Below, piece after piece: positions 46,253-55,269 of a stretch of DNA of 64,000 nucleotides. Under the pieces are notes generated by a model that was given only the letters and a program-made list of their open reading frames with translations, did not search any database and was not told where the DNA came from. The DNA is taken from IMG/VR virus record IMGVR_UViG_3300017991_000002, positions 1-64,000 of that record. The stretch is one strand, 5' to 3'. Numbering within the stretch: the first letter of the stretch is position 1; each line of letters starts with the position of its first letter. The translations under genes were made by a program, and so were the position numbers.

Positions 46253-46825
46253 TCAAATGTTTATAATTCCCCTTCCTTTCAACTCATAAAAGATAGTTTT
46301 AAGGGCAAAAACATCAGAGTGGGCTGTATGAGCATCTTCCATGTCCTCATTCAAGGCACACTTGAACAATTCTCCAAGCTTCGGCCACTTATAGCCTCTA
46401 CCTCTTCCCCGCTTGGGAAGCTGACAAAACTCAGTAAGCTCACGCATCGTACAGTATTTCGGTATCGAATCAAAGGACTTAATAGCCTTCCCCAGGCCAA
46501 CCTTATAAAGCTCCTGCCTGATTATTTCTGCATCGAATTCGATATTATGCGCAATAACATAATCCGCTATCATACAATGCATTAAAAAAGTCTTCAGGGC
46601 CACGATAGTAGGAACCCCTACCCTCTCTGCATAAGCAGTAGTTATTCCGTGAATGTTCGTGGCAGATCCCGGGATCGTCCACCCAACCGGCTTGATAATC
46701 ATACTCATTGAGGCCATCTCCTCAGCCTCTTCATTGGCCAATAAAGAAGCCAACTGTACCATCTCGTGGTGCTCGTGCTCTAGAAGTCCACAGCTTTCTA
46801 TATCAAAAAACAGATACGTCTTCAC
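46253..46825 (-). CDS. DEDDh 3'-5' exonuclease (DnaQ-like)
   Basis: FFDIESCGL, AHNIEFD, AHTAHSDV. Confidence 0.88.
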   Translation of the reverse strand: MKTYLFFDIESCGLLEHEHHEMVQLASLLANEEAEEMASMSMIIKPVGWTIPGSATNIHGITTAYAERVGVPTIVALKTFLMHCMIADYVIAHNIEFDAEIIRQELYKVGLGKAIKSFDSIPKYCTMRELTEFCQLPKRGRGRGYKWPKLGELFKCALNEDMEDAHTAHSDVFALKTIFYELKGRGIINI

Positions 46826-46851
46826 AACAGCTCTCTCTTTCTAGAAGAACT

Positions 46852-47340
46852 TCACCGTGGGGTTCTTCTTACCCACCTATATGACAAAACCCTCTCTATC
46901 GGAAAGGGCATCACATTAAACTGGTTATTCTGATTTCCCCCCAGGATATAAACAAACTGCCTGCTTCCGTCAAGACCTATGAAAAGACCGACATGGCCAT
47001 AAGGGCTATCGGGAGAAATCCTCCACAAGACAACAACACAACCGAGGCGAGGCTCAGGAATATCAGTCCCCCATACCAACCAAGAACGAGCATTGGGGAG
47101 ACCTGTACCCCCACACCCGGACTCCCTCATAATTAAATTCAACGCAGCAGAGCACCAAGGAATCTCATCATTCGGCTCCATTCCTACAGACAGCAGATAT
47201 TCATCAATCTGAGGATTGCTCTCCGGTCCTGGTATCTCCGTTACCCCATAATGACGGAATGCCACTTCCAGCCAAGGAGGAACTATCAAAGATCTCATCG
47301 TCGTCACAATTTCCTTCCCCATACTTAACCAACGTCTCAT
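46852..47340 (-). CDS. TIGR02594-family NlpC/P60-like peptidoglycan hydrolase
   Basis: PWLEVA..EIPG..NPQI..DEIPWCSAALN..ARSWL..GHVGLF..LGGNQ. Confidence 0.85.
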   Translation of the reverse strand: MRRWLSMGKEIVTTMRSLIVPPWLEVAFRHYGVTEIPGPESNPQIDEYLLSVGMEPNDEIPWCSAALNLIMRESGCGGTGLPNARSWLVWGTDIPEPRLGCVVVLWRISPDSPYGHVGLFIGLDGSRQFVYILGGNQNNQFNVMPFPIERVLSYRWVRRTPR

Positions 47341-47479
47341 ACCACCACGTGTTCACATAAGTGGCCCCTCTGAAAGGCTGCCAGCCTTCTTGCAACAGGG
47401 CTCTGACCTTCTTACAAAGGTCATCGTCCCCTTCAGGACTGATAACAACTTTGTAATCAACTATCCGCTTCCTCATCAT
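47204..47479 (-). CDS. DUF1737-like small protein
   Basis: YKVV..LCKKVRALLQEGWQPFRG; overlaps the neighbouring gene. Confidence 0.5.
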   Translation of the reverse strand: MMRKRIVDYKVVISPEGDDDLCKKVRALLQEGWQPFRGATYVNTWWYETLVKYGEGNCDDDEIFDSSSLAGSGIPSLWGNGDTRTGEQSSD

Positions 47480-47612
47480 CCTTTTCTTCCCTCACCACCG
47501 CATCCTTAGGGGTCTTAAACTCCCGAATAGGCCTATCGCTCATTCTAAGGGTTGTGGGACCAGGTCTGACTTCATTAATTTTCATCATTTAATACCTCTC
47601 CCCTCAATCTCC

Positions 47613-48125
47613 CTATTGATGTGTCAGCACCTGAGCACCTATGCCATATTTTCCACTTTTCTTTCTATATTCATGTCCCCTCTCTCTCGATGCGGCAACC
47701 TTCATCGACTTAAGAAGTCCAGGCCGTTTCACTCCCTTGGTCCGTTTAATTGCCTTCTGCATGATCGGCTTCATTTCCTTTTTATATGCTGTCTTGAATT
47801 CACGCTTCAGTAGCTGTTTCCTCCTTTTGTGGGCTTCGGCAGCGGGCCAAACTGGCCTCGGATCATTTCTTCCCATCTTTTTACCTTGTAATTCAGTCCG
47901 CCAGTAATCTATATGGCGTCTGGCGTCTTCTTTTGCCCGCTTTCGAACCTCTGGATCCTTCATGCGTTCCCGCACCTTTTTACGTGCCCAAGCAAGTGCC
48001 TCTTTCTTACTCTTAAACTTGGCCTCTAATAGTTCATCAATCACGTCAGATGGAGGGTACCCATCGAGGACTGCTTCAATCATCTCTTGCGTTCTTGATA
48101 GTTCAAGTTTTTTGTCCATTCCCAT
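47613..48125 (-). CDS. Protein with acidic leader and very basic cargo
   Basis: IEAVLDGYPPSDVIDELLE-AKFKSK... Confidence 0.65.
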   Translation of the reverse strand: MGMDKKLELSRTQEMIEAVLDGYPPSDVIDELLEAKFKSKKEALAWARKKVRERMKDPEVRKRAKEDARRHIDYWRTELQGKKMGRNDPRPVWPAAEAHKRRKQLLKREFKTAYKKEMKPIMQKAIKRTKGVKRPGLLKSMKVAASRERGHEYRKKSGKYGIGAQVLTHQ

Positions 48126-48170
48126 ACTCCTGGTTCTGCCTTCCCTGGGAAGGTTACGTTTTCCCCGTAA

Positions 48171-48407
48171 TCAACTATCTTCTTTCTCATCTTCTCTTTC
48201 TTCCCTCACCACCACCTGCAACGCCTGCAACTGGGTCATGAAAGCTTCTACCTCTACCCACGGCTTTGTCTTAAGATAAGAGAACAGAGACCTCAGCAAT
48301 GCAGCAGGGATAATGAAATTTGTTTCATCCATCTTACTCATCTTCTCTCCCGAAGAATATTTCTTCAATCTTGTCCTCAAAAACTCCGACAGCATCTCCC
48401 CACTCAT
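48171..48407 (-). CDS. Hypothetical protein
   Basis: LFSYLKTKPWVEVEAFM; likely starts at MDETNF. Confidence 0.55.
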   Translation of the reverse strand: MSGEMLSEFLRTRLKKYSSGEKMSKMDETNFIIPAALLRSLFSYLKTKPWVEVEAFMTQLQALQVVVREEREDEKEDS

Positions 48408-49053
48408 CTTTATCGTCCATTACGGACGTTAAGTACCTGATACTGCCATAAAGCTTAATAGAGTCTTCGCCTCTTGCAATGATAAGGGTAAACATATTGA
48501 CCCCGAATTCATGCTCGGTGTTGAACACAATATCCTCGTCCTTATACAAGGCGTTAAGACTTTTCAATAACTTGCCCAAGGCGCTTCTCGCCTCATTTTT
48601 GTATTTCACTATCTTCTGATTAAACCATTCTTTCAGTTTAATCAACCCCTTCTTCATCCCAGCCACGACCCACTCAATACATAGGTCAATAATAATCGAG
48701 GCATAAGGTATTTGAGATGATATCCCTACCTTGGCCAAAATAACCGCAACGTTCGCAGCGGCCAGCAATTTCTTCAGGAACCCGCCAGACGCCAGATTAA
48801 CCAATGCTTCCGTGATCCCATGGCCAAACTCAACCCCCTTATCCTTGATAACGGCAATTATCTCTTCCTTGCTATGCTTGACTATACCATCATTGTTGAG
48901 ATCAACCTTTGATACGTTCTCCGCCACCAATACACAAATATCCCACAGATCCGACAGTATATTCGAACTTTGCCCCCTAAAAAAGGTCATAGCTGTGTTG
49001 ACAAATTCATCCTTACATTCCTGACCAGTGGTCAGGGAGATTGCTGTAGTCAT
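48334..49053 (-). CDS. Hypothetical protein
   Basis: 239 aa with a hydrophobic middle. Confidence 0.6.
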   Translation of the reverse strand: MTTAISLTTGQECKDEFVNTAMTFFRGQSSNILSDLWDICVLVAENVSKVDLNNDGIVKHSKEEIIAVIKDKGVEFGHGITEALVNLASGGFLKKLLAAANVAVILAKVGISSQIPYASIIIDLCIEWVVAGMKKGLIKLKEWFNQKIVKYKNEARSALGKLLKSLNALYKDEDIVFNTEHEFGVNMFTLIIARGEDSIKLYGSIRYLTSVMDDKDEWGDAVGVFEDKIEEIFFGREDE

Positions 49054-49745
49054 TTTCCTGACTCCTTCGATAGTATTTTTAGCTTGCGCCCTCGCAAATG
49101 ATCAGACGGGACAGTTCCTTTTGTCCTCAAGCTTCTGATACAATTATCGATGATTTTACGAAATGAGTCAAGTGAAATATCCTGATTCATGTAAGAATCT
49201 CTAAAAGGATACTTATACCACTGGATGCCAAATCCGGTTGGATTGTAATGAAAATTATCTTTCACCAGATAACAATCTGACTTATGACCTTCATGCCCAA
49301 AGATGACAGCATACTGCCGGATGATTACCTGCCTTCTCTCCTCAAGATCGCACGTACACTTCACTGCACAGCCATGCCACCAATCATCTCCTTCGGTGCT
49401 AAAACCATATTCACTATAAAGGATCCTCATTTGAGCGAGCCAATTTTCCACATGGGACAGGCCTCTAAAGGAGTCATCTATCCTCCTATACTTGGTGTGG
49501 AAACAATGTGCACGATGTGCAAGATCTTGATAAGACCGATGACCGTCATCAACATTATTCCAACCACACGTGCAGTCACCCCACCAATAAGGAAAAATCC
49601 AGAAAGTATCGTTCTCAAATTCATCTTGATAATCAATGCCGGTCACAGGCCACAGCCTTTGAAACTCCTCCTCCCAGCCCTTCCCCCGTGGAATTGATAT
49701 CTCCCCTCGAGAGTTCCCGAGGAGGACGTTTCCAAGATCCGTCAT
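49050..49745 (-). CDS. Cys/His-rich phage protein, tagged
   Basis: PYWWGDCTCG..FGIQWYKYPFRDSYMN; ends GRKLKILSKESGK. Confidence 0.7.
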   Translation of the reverse strand: MTDLGNVLLGNSRGEISIPRGKGWEEEFQRLWPVTGIDYQDEFENDTFWIFPYWWGDCTCGWNNVDDGHRSYQDLAHRAHCFHTKYRRIDDSFRGLSHVENWLAQMRILYSEYGFSTEGDDWWHGCAVKCTCDLEERRQVIIRQYAVIFGHEGHKSDCYLVKDNFHYNPTGFGIQWYKYPFRDSYMNQDISLDSFRKIIDNCIRSLRTKGTVPSDHLRGRKLKILSKESGK

Positions 49746-50296
49746 TTTCTGATCCTTAACTTTCGAAATAATTTTTTCTTTTTCCTTAGGAGTCCAGAAG
49801 TCATTTGCGGAGACATATGAAAGTTCTCAATAAAGGCGACATTGTCACTTGAAGGGGACATACTTATATTGACATTGAAAATATCCATATTCTCAACAAT
49901 ATTGGATTCGTTAACATTAACCGTTCCACAAATACTAAACCCAAACCGTGCTCCATTCCTCGCCATGGCAGTAATCTGGTCACCGCAGGGGGTATTAAGC
50001 ACCCGCACCGTACATCTTACCTTGCCGGAGACCTCCAGGACTAATTCTTCGACCCGATGAGATGTTCTGCAAAGAGGAAGAGTTCTAAAACCGGCCTCCT
50101 CCCCATGGGTAAAAGCCCCAAACTCCTCCCGCATTGAAGATACAGCCCTCTCCAGGACATCTCTCGGATACACACGACCGTTGCCATCGACCCTATCAGC
50201 TTCCAGATTCAGGTACCCTGTCAGTCGACCTTCCCTCTCGCTCATAAATAATCTTCCTCTCCTCACGACAAATCCCGGAGTGGCATATCGTCCCAT
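49742..50296 (-). CDS. Degenerate T4 gp21-like prohead protease, tagged
   Basis: NGRVYPRDVLERAV..TSHRV..VLNTPCG..GFSICG; ends FRKLRIRK. Confidence 0.65.
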   Translation of the reverse strand: MGRYATPGFVVRRGRLFMSEREGRLTGYLNLEADRVDGNGRVYPRDVLERAVSSMREEFGAFTHGEEAGFRTLPLCRTSHRVEELVLEVSGKVRCTVRVLNTPCGDQITAMARNGARFGFSICGTVNVNESNIVENMDIFNVNISMSPSSDNVAFIENFHMSPQMTSGLLRKKKKLFRKLRIRK

Positions 50297-50543
50297 ACTT
50301 CCTACAAATCAAAAAGGTAGCCCCCGGTAATGGGCCTTCACAGCAAGGACAGTGAACATCCGGAACGCACACCCTATCTTCCTTACAAGCAATCATCTGC
50401 CTGCGGAATGACCCATGCCTTACTTTATAATTAAGAAAACTCTCGCTCACAACATTCCTCCCCGACACTGGAAGGGCTTCCAGTGGAGCGATGGTTCTCC
50501 TCCCCCTCAGAAGAATGGAGCCGAAGCGTTCGTGAAATACCAT
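50196..50543 (-). CDS. Small Cys-rich protein (real start uncertain)
   Basis: CPCC..C..C..C in the C-half. Confidence 0.4.
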   Translation of the reverse strand: MVFHERFGSILLRGRRTIAPLEALPVSGRNVVSESFLNYKVRHGSFRRQMIACKEDRVCVPDVHCPCCEGPLPGATFLICRKYGTICHSGICREERKIIYEREGRSTDRVPESGS

Positions 50544-50946
50544 CCCTCCGTCTCTCTACCCTGAGCATACCATCATGTGGCACATCGCCATTCTCATCAA
50601 TACCCCAATAGGTCTCCATAAAATCAGCCAAAGCACAGGAAATAGAAACTGTACGACGTTCTAAATCTCCCATCGACTCAAGCCTTCTCATAAGAATATG
50701 GAGCTTTTCTTTCAGCCTCCTATGTTCAAACACCGCCCTATCCTTTTCTCTGATGACCTGATGTACCTTCTTTTGATGATCCCTGTGGGAATCAACTAAC
50801 AACCTTTCGGCATCTTTAGCCCTCATTTGATACAGTGTATAGTTCCCCTCAAAAAACTTCCTGGCGGCCCTTTGCTGTAAACCATACGATATGGACGCCG
50901 CGCTAACAGCGATCAGAAATACTACCAGAAAAGAAACCATTGGCAC
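50431..50946 (-). CDS. Membrane-anchored coiled-coil protein
   Basis: N-terminal TM helix. Confidence 0.55.
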   Translation of the reverse strand: MPMVSFLVVFLIAVSAASISYGLQQRAARKFFEGNYTLYQMRAKDAERLLVDSHRDHQKKVHQVIREKDRAVFEHRRLKEKLHILMRRLESMGDLERRTVSISCALADFMETYWGIDENGDVPHDGMLRVERRRDGISRTLRLHSSEGEENHRSTGSPSSVGEECCEREFS

Positions 50947-51370
50947 ACTCCTCTCTAGAATAAACAGGCCCTACTCTCAACTTCCTAACCGGCACTGTGA
51001 CCGATTGTAGCGCCGGTTCTGGTGTAATAACATTCCTGCCGGAGTTGAGGATAGTAACCACTTCGTCCTCCCCACGTGTTTCCCGCCGTTCAGGGTTTCG
51101 AGGTAACTGAAGTGACTCAAGCGACGGAACATACATCATCCCGAGTTTCATCTCCTCGTAAAGTACCTCCATAATGGATCCTTTTCTGAGAGGAGGAAAA
51201 AACAAAAGGAAATTGGAGTCTCTTACGAAATAAGGACCCTTATATGTACGACCATCTGGCAAATCCTTCCCATCAATGGTAATAACCACCTCCCCCTTAA
51301 TGGGAGAGGGTAACCACAACCTATCTACTTCCGCTGCGATTTCATACGTTATTAGTCTCAATTCCGACAT
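50903..51370 (-). CDS. Beta-rich structural-like fragment, tagged
   Basis: VVITIDG..Y..LLFFPPLRKGSIMEVLY; VRKLRVGP near the end. Confidence 0.55.
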   Translation of the reverse strand: MSELRLITYEIAAEVDRLWLPSPIKGEVVITIDGKDLPDGRTYKGPYFVRDSNFLLFFPPLRKGSIMEVLYEEMKLGMMYVPSLESLQLPRNPERRETRGEDEVVTILNSGRNVITPEPALQSVTVPVRKLRVGPVYSREECANGFFSGSISDRC

Positions 51371-52025
51371 TCTGCACCTTTAGCTTTCTTATACCGACCC
51401 CGGAAATCTTCATTTTTTCTATTCTTCCCTTCTCCAGAGTTTCCGCCTGTTTAATAATGTTCATTTCGTTTTTGGGGAGACAAATATCCACTCCAAGGAG
51501 TTCATATTCGGAGATGACCTTTACCTGATCAACCGCCCCAGCATACCCGTGAAGACTCGTCCTAAAAGGACAATTACCCAATAAAAGCCCCTGAAGTGTC
51601 CTGCTCCTCTCCGACAGGTCATCCACATTCATGTCGGCCATGACAATGTCCTCATCGTTAATCCAGAGCTTTACAAGGGTATGCGTTGTCGGTTCACGAT
51701 GCTCAGCCCGATGAGTATTGGATGTTTCAACATCAAAGATACAACACCTTGGATGTACATCTTCAACAACTTTTATAGCCTTCTCTATCTCTTCCCGGGG
51801 ATATATATACCCTGAAGAAGTAGGGGCACCAACTGGAATAACTCCGGCAGTTACAACAACTACTTTCCTCCCCTTCATGATATATTCCCAAATCTTCGGT
51901 TCTGGTATCTTCATAATAATACCTGCGCTTTCCTTAAATTCATGGGGCATTCTTTGAAGGGCCAGTAACATCGATAGACTGAGAGAAGGTAATGTTGCCC
52001 GCATTTCCCGAAATGATATTGACAT
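51342..52025 (-). CDS. Second degenerate gp21-like prohead protease, tagged
   Basis: SGYIYPREEIEKAI..THTLVKL..TSLHG..LLGVD; ends IRKLKVQNVGIETNNV. Confidence 0.5.
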   Translation of the reverse strand: MSISFREMRATLPSLSLSMLLALQRMPHEFKESAGIIMKIPEPKIWEYIMKGRKVVVVTAGVIPVGAPTSSGYIYPREEIEKAIKVVEDVHPRCCIFDVETSNTHRAEHREPTTHTLVKLWINDEDIVMADMNVDDLSERSRTLQGLLLGNCPFRTSLHGYAGAVDQVKVISEYELLGVDICLPKNEMNIIKQAETLEKGRIEKMKISGVGIRKLKVQNVGIETNNV

Positions 52026-52182
52026 ACAATGGTCTCCTTCTGAGGACTACCTTCCACAACCAGGGCCAAAATCGGACGTGGTATACCACATTGATCGTTA
52101 CCGGTTTATCCCAGCGGTTATTATACAAGGTAAATGGCCGATCCACAACAGTAAAGTTATCTGGTAAGTTTACCGGCATCAT
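51940..52182 (-). CDS. Hypothetical protein
   Basis: Overlapping start/stop with its neighbour. Confidence 0.45.
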   Translation of the reverse strand: MMPVNLPDNFTVVDRPFTLYNNRWDKPVTINVVYHVRFWPWLWKVVLRRRPLYVNIISGNAGNITFSQSIDVTGPSKNAP

Positions 52183-52397
52183 TTATTCCAAGTTTCGTCC
52201 TCGATCATATCGAGGAATTTATCACTCTCAACAACCTTAATCGGGATACCCCTGGCCATCTTCTTTATCTTCTTCAAACCCAAAGGTTCCTTTCCTGAGG
52301 CAACATTCGTTTCGACATAGGACTGATACCATCGTTTTCCCTTCTCATCAGGCGAAGACAAAATTCTCCTGACAGCTTTCTCTTTTCGTTCGCTCAT
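52179..52397 (-). CDS. Hypothetical protein
   Basis: Follows the promoter motif. Confidence 0.6.
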   Translation of the reverse strand: MSERKEKAVRRILSSPDEKGKRWYQSYVETNVASGKEPLGLKKIKKMARGIPIKVVESDKFLDMIEDETWNK

Positions 52398-52432
52398 CCT
52401 TTACCCCTTTCCTTGTTTTCTGTGTTATCTTC

Positions 52433-52475
52433 CTACTATACTTATACGTTTCTGAACAGAAAAAAGAAAAAGAAT
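52433..52475 (-). promoter_or_regulatory. Conserved phage promoter motif
   Basis: CAGAAACGTATAAGTATAGTAG with upstream T-tract. Confidence 0.75.
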
Positions 52476-52679
52476 TTACTGAGGAGAGGGAAAATTTCCG
52501 GTTATGATCCCTTCTGCGTAGTCTTGGATATTTGTTGTTCCTTTTCTTTTTCTACACTCTGTACAAATCCTAAAGGAAATTTGTCCTTCATCTGCAGAGA
52601 ATGTTTTAAATTCCCAAGTGTCTTCAATAAGGACTTTTCTCTGACAGGACTGACAGGTTACGAGGGTATTCAAGCTCAT
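52476..52679 (-). CDS. Small Zn-ribbon protein
   Basis: CQSCQ..ICTECR; AGGAGG RBS. Confidence 0.7.
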   Translation of the reverse strand: MSLNTLVTCQSCQRKVLIEDTWEFKTFSADEGQISFRICTECRKRKGTTNIQDYAEGIITGNFPSPQ

Positions 52680-52849
52680 CTTTTCCTCCTTTGAAAAAAT
52701 TGCGGTATCATTACTAATGACCCCAATTGTGATGAAGCTATTTCTTCAGTACATATTGTGGTCATATTAATGTGACAGAAATCGGGCACTTACTTTGAAC
52801 CAATCACTCTGTTTTATTATAGTATTTACATCAGGAGTATTCAAGGTAA

Positions 52850-53570
52850 TCTGTTTCAACAAAAGACTCTTTTTCTTTTGTTGAGCTGCCTCCTAAGTGG
52901 TCTTAAAAACGTGATGGCGCTATTACTTATAGCGTCGCAGAGGTAAAATCTGTGGATAACTCCAGAAACCTCTTCAGTCATATGAAGTTAACACGACTTT
53001 AGTTTCATTAAATAAACGTAAAAAAATAAAAAATAATCAAAAATAACGTAAAAACCCCCTTTTTCGCCTTTAAACGGTTATTTTTTATTTTTTCGGGGGG
53101 TATTTATTATTTATAGGGTATTTTCAACTTGTTGGGTATCTGTATAGGTACTTGTTAGTATACAAGTTCCAACTTCTTGGTATACCGATGGGGTACTTGT
53201 CGGATCCCAATGCCTCTAAATCTTGGGTCCTCAGATTCGACTTGACCCCTATCAAGTTCCGACTTTAGGGTAACCTGATATGGTACTTGTATGGTATCTG
53301 TATAGGTACTTCCCCGGGTAGTGATATGGTACTTGTATGGGGGAGGTGTAGGTACTTGTCGGTACTTCGGTGACATGTATGGTTTTTCGGGTCAAAAAGT
53401 CATCAAGTTCCGACTTTATGGCATGGGCAGGTATGGGCAGGTGTGGGCAGGTTTGGTACTGCCTAATGTGTATCAAGTATCAACAAGTTGACATTTGTAT
53501 GGGTACTTGTTGGTATACTGACTAGGTACTTGTCAGGTAGTTGATGGGGTACTTGTCTGGGAGGGTGTGA
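52850..53570. repeat. Origin-like intergenic region at the strand switch
   Basis: About ten GGTACTT; 50-bp copy of the 11.4-kb repeat (53149-53198); AT-rich 16-bp inverted repeat (53021-53036/53078-53093); DnaA-box-like TGTGGATAA at 52951. Confidence 0.75.
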
Positions 53571-53782
53571 TAACTTTATGGTCTCCGAATACCATAAAAG
53601 TGAAAAATCGAAAAAAGAAAAAATTTTTTTGATTGCCCCTGGAAAAGGCAATCAAATCGACCCAAAATCGGTAGAATGGGGGTGGGACTGAGATTAGATA
53701 GCTTTTTTATTATTCTTCGTGGTTTTTCGGATAAAGTTCTTTATGAAACTTCATTGTTTTTTGTGAACCTAAAGGAGGAAAA

Positions 53783-54511
53783 ATGAACAAACTCACTGAG
53801 AAGGAAGCGAAACAGATATTCAATCTCCTGCAGACTGACCTGTTTTACATGGCAGAGATAGCAAGACTGTTCAGGGTTTCGACGGAGATGATTCGTCAGA
53901 TTGCGGATGGTCTGGCTTGGAAATCGGTGACGGGAGGAGTGGTCACTAACCCCCACAAAAAATTGTATGAGGCTTTTGGGGAGTTTAAGACTTTGCAGGA
54001 GTGGTCGGAAGATCCGCGATTGACGACGACACGTTCCTCCTTCTTCCAATCTGTTAGGGACGGGTACAGGATTGAGATCTCTCTGGTAGGGATTGTCGAA
54101 TTCAAAGCGAGTAAGAGACTTCAGAAAATCAAACTCCTGAGACAGAAGGGATTTAAAGATAAGGATATTGCTGTCTCCCTGGAAACAGTCCCATCAGGTA
54201 TTTACAGAGCCGCCAACAATCATCAAACAGGGTCCGGCAGCAGGTCGATATTGAGGGAAGCCTTTGGAGAGAAGAAGACTGCAAGCCAATGGTCCAAGGA
54301 TCCCAGATGTAAGGTTAGCTACCTTTCCCTTAATAAGAGATTAAAAAATGGTTGGGGTTTGGAGGAAGCTTTACTAACCCCCCTTCCCGTAGGAGATCGA
54401 GTTCCAGTGGAGTTCCATTGCATGAGGCCTTTGGTGAGTCAAAGACTGCGGCTGAGTGGTCTAGGGATAGTAGATGCAGGGTTCCCTACTACACTTTATG
54501 CTCAAGACTGA
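53783..54511 (+). CDS. HTH plus homing-endonuclease-type DNA-binding repeat protein (N-part)
   Basis: N-terminal HTH (MAEIARLFRVSTEMIRQI); two EAFGE.KT..EWS.DPR..RL..GW..EEAL.TP repeats. Confidence 0.7.
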   Translation: MNKLTEKEAKQIFNLLQTDLFYMAEIARLFRVSTEMIRQIADGLAWKSVTGGVVTNPHKKLYEAFGEFKTLQEWSEDPRLTTTRSSFFQSVRDGYRIEISLVGIVEFKASKRLQKIKLLRQKGFKDKDIAVSLETVPSGIYRAANNHQTGSGSRSILREAFGEKKTASQWSKDPRCKVSYLSLNKRLKNGWGLEEALLTPLPVGDRVPVEFHCMRPLVSQRLRLSGLGIVDAGFPTTLYAQD

Positions 54512-54744
54512 GGGGAGGTTGGGATACTGAGGATGCTCTTCTGTCCCCGGGCCGGGGGAGAGGATCAGAAGGAACTCTATACGAGGCCTTTGGAGTCAAG
54601 AAGACTATAATTGCCTGGTCAAAAGACCAGAGGTGTGTTGTTAAGTATTGCACGCTTACTTACAGATTACGGACCGGCTGGGATATAAAGGACGCCCTTA
54701 TGACACCCCCAGGAGGAAGACATGCTCAATGTAAAAGCGATTGA
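54352..54744 (+). CDS. C-terminal repeats of the same protein, -1 frame after a C6 tract
   Basis: Two more EAFG..KT...WS.D.RC repeats; no good start of its own. Confidence 0.6.
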   Translation: MGFGGSFTNPPSRRRSSSSGVPLHEAFGESKTAAEWSRDSRCRVPYYTLCSRLRGGWDTEDALLSPGRGRGSEGTLYEAFGVKKTIIAWSKDQRCVVKYCTLTYRLRTGWDIKDALMTPPGGRHAQCKSD

Positions 54745-54940
54745 CAACACTGTGGTTATTACCGGCGGTCGTTTCTCCGACCTGCCGGAGAGGAAGGTTG
54801 TCCTATCAAAAGAGGAAGCACTGCACGTCTCCATAGATACATGGAGGCATCGGCTGCCGGAATTCTCCTACGTATGCCCCTGTACTTTATGTAAAATTTC
54901 TCGAGAGGCAAAGAAACTTATAACCAGGGAGGAGTCATGA
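54722..54940 (+). CDS. Hypothetical protein
   Basis: Tiles in the plus-strand operon. Confidence 0.6.
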   Translation: MLNVKAIDNTVVITGGRFSDLPERKVVLSKEEALHVSIDTWRHRLPEFSYVCPCTLCKISREAKKLITREES

Positions 54941-55269
54941 ACTTCGATACAATTTTCATTATTTCCAGCCTGCTCTATGCAGCTGTGATAGTTATTGTCT
55001 TTTTGCTGGGCTATAAGACAGGCCAAAGAGACGAGAATCAGGACAGCAGGGAAGTGCTTACAATGCTCAGGTCAGTAGTGGATGCTGCAGAGGGAGATCT
55101 TCACGAATCCTGTGACCAGCTTCTGATGGATGCCAGGGTGTTGATTGCGGAGAGGGAAGGATCGATTACCAGTGATCCTCCTCGAATATGTACATCCCTT
55201 GGAAGATTTCTTATGTACCGGGGTGGTGAATGGATTGAATTACCCGGAAGGGAGGTGAGGTCAATTTGA
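54937..55269 (+). CDS. Membrane-anchored hypothetical protein
   Basis: N-terminal TM helix; GGAG RBS. Confidence 0.65.
   Translation: MNFDTIFIISSLLYAAVIVIVFLLGYKTGQRDENQDSREVLTMLRSVVDAAEGDLHESCDQLLMDARVLIAEREGSITSDPPRICTSLGRFLMYRGGEWIELPGREVRSI

Noticed and set aside
12347-52025. RKLR tag as a by-product of Shine-Dalgarno overlap (TTG AGG gives GAGG)
   Set aside because: It probably contributes at overlapping genes, but several copies use codons with no SD-like sequence and occur with no overlapping downstream gene (12347..12664, 62233..62841) or mid-gene; kept only as an alternative to test
607-52694. Plus-strand ORFs antisense to the minus-strand genes (and minus-strand ORFs after 53.8 kb)
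   Set aside because: Shadow frames of a strongly strand-biased gene set; no RBS or recognisable motifs
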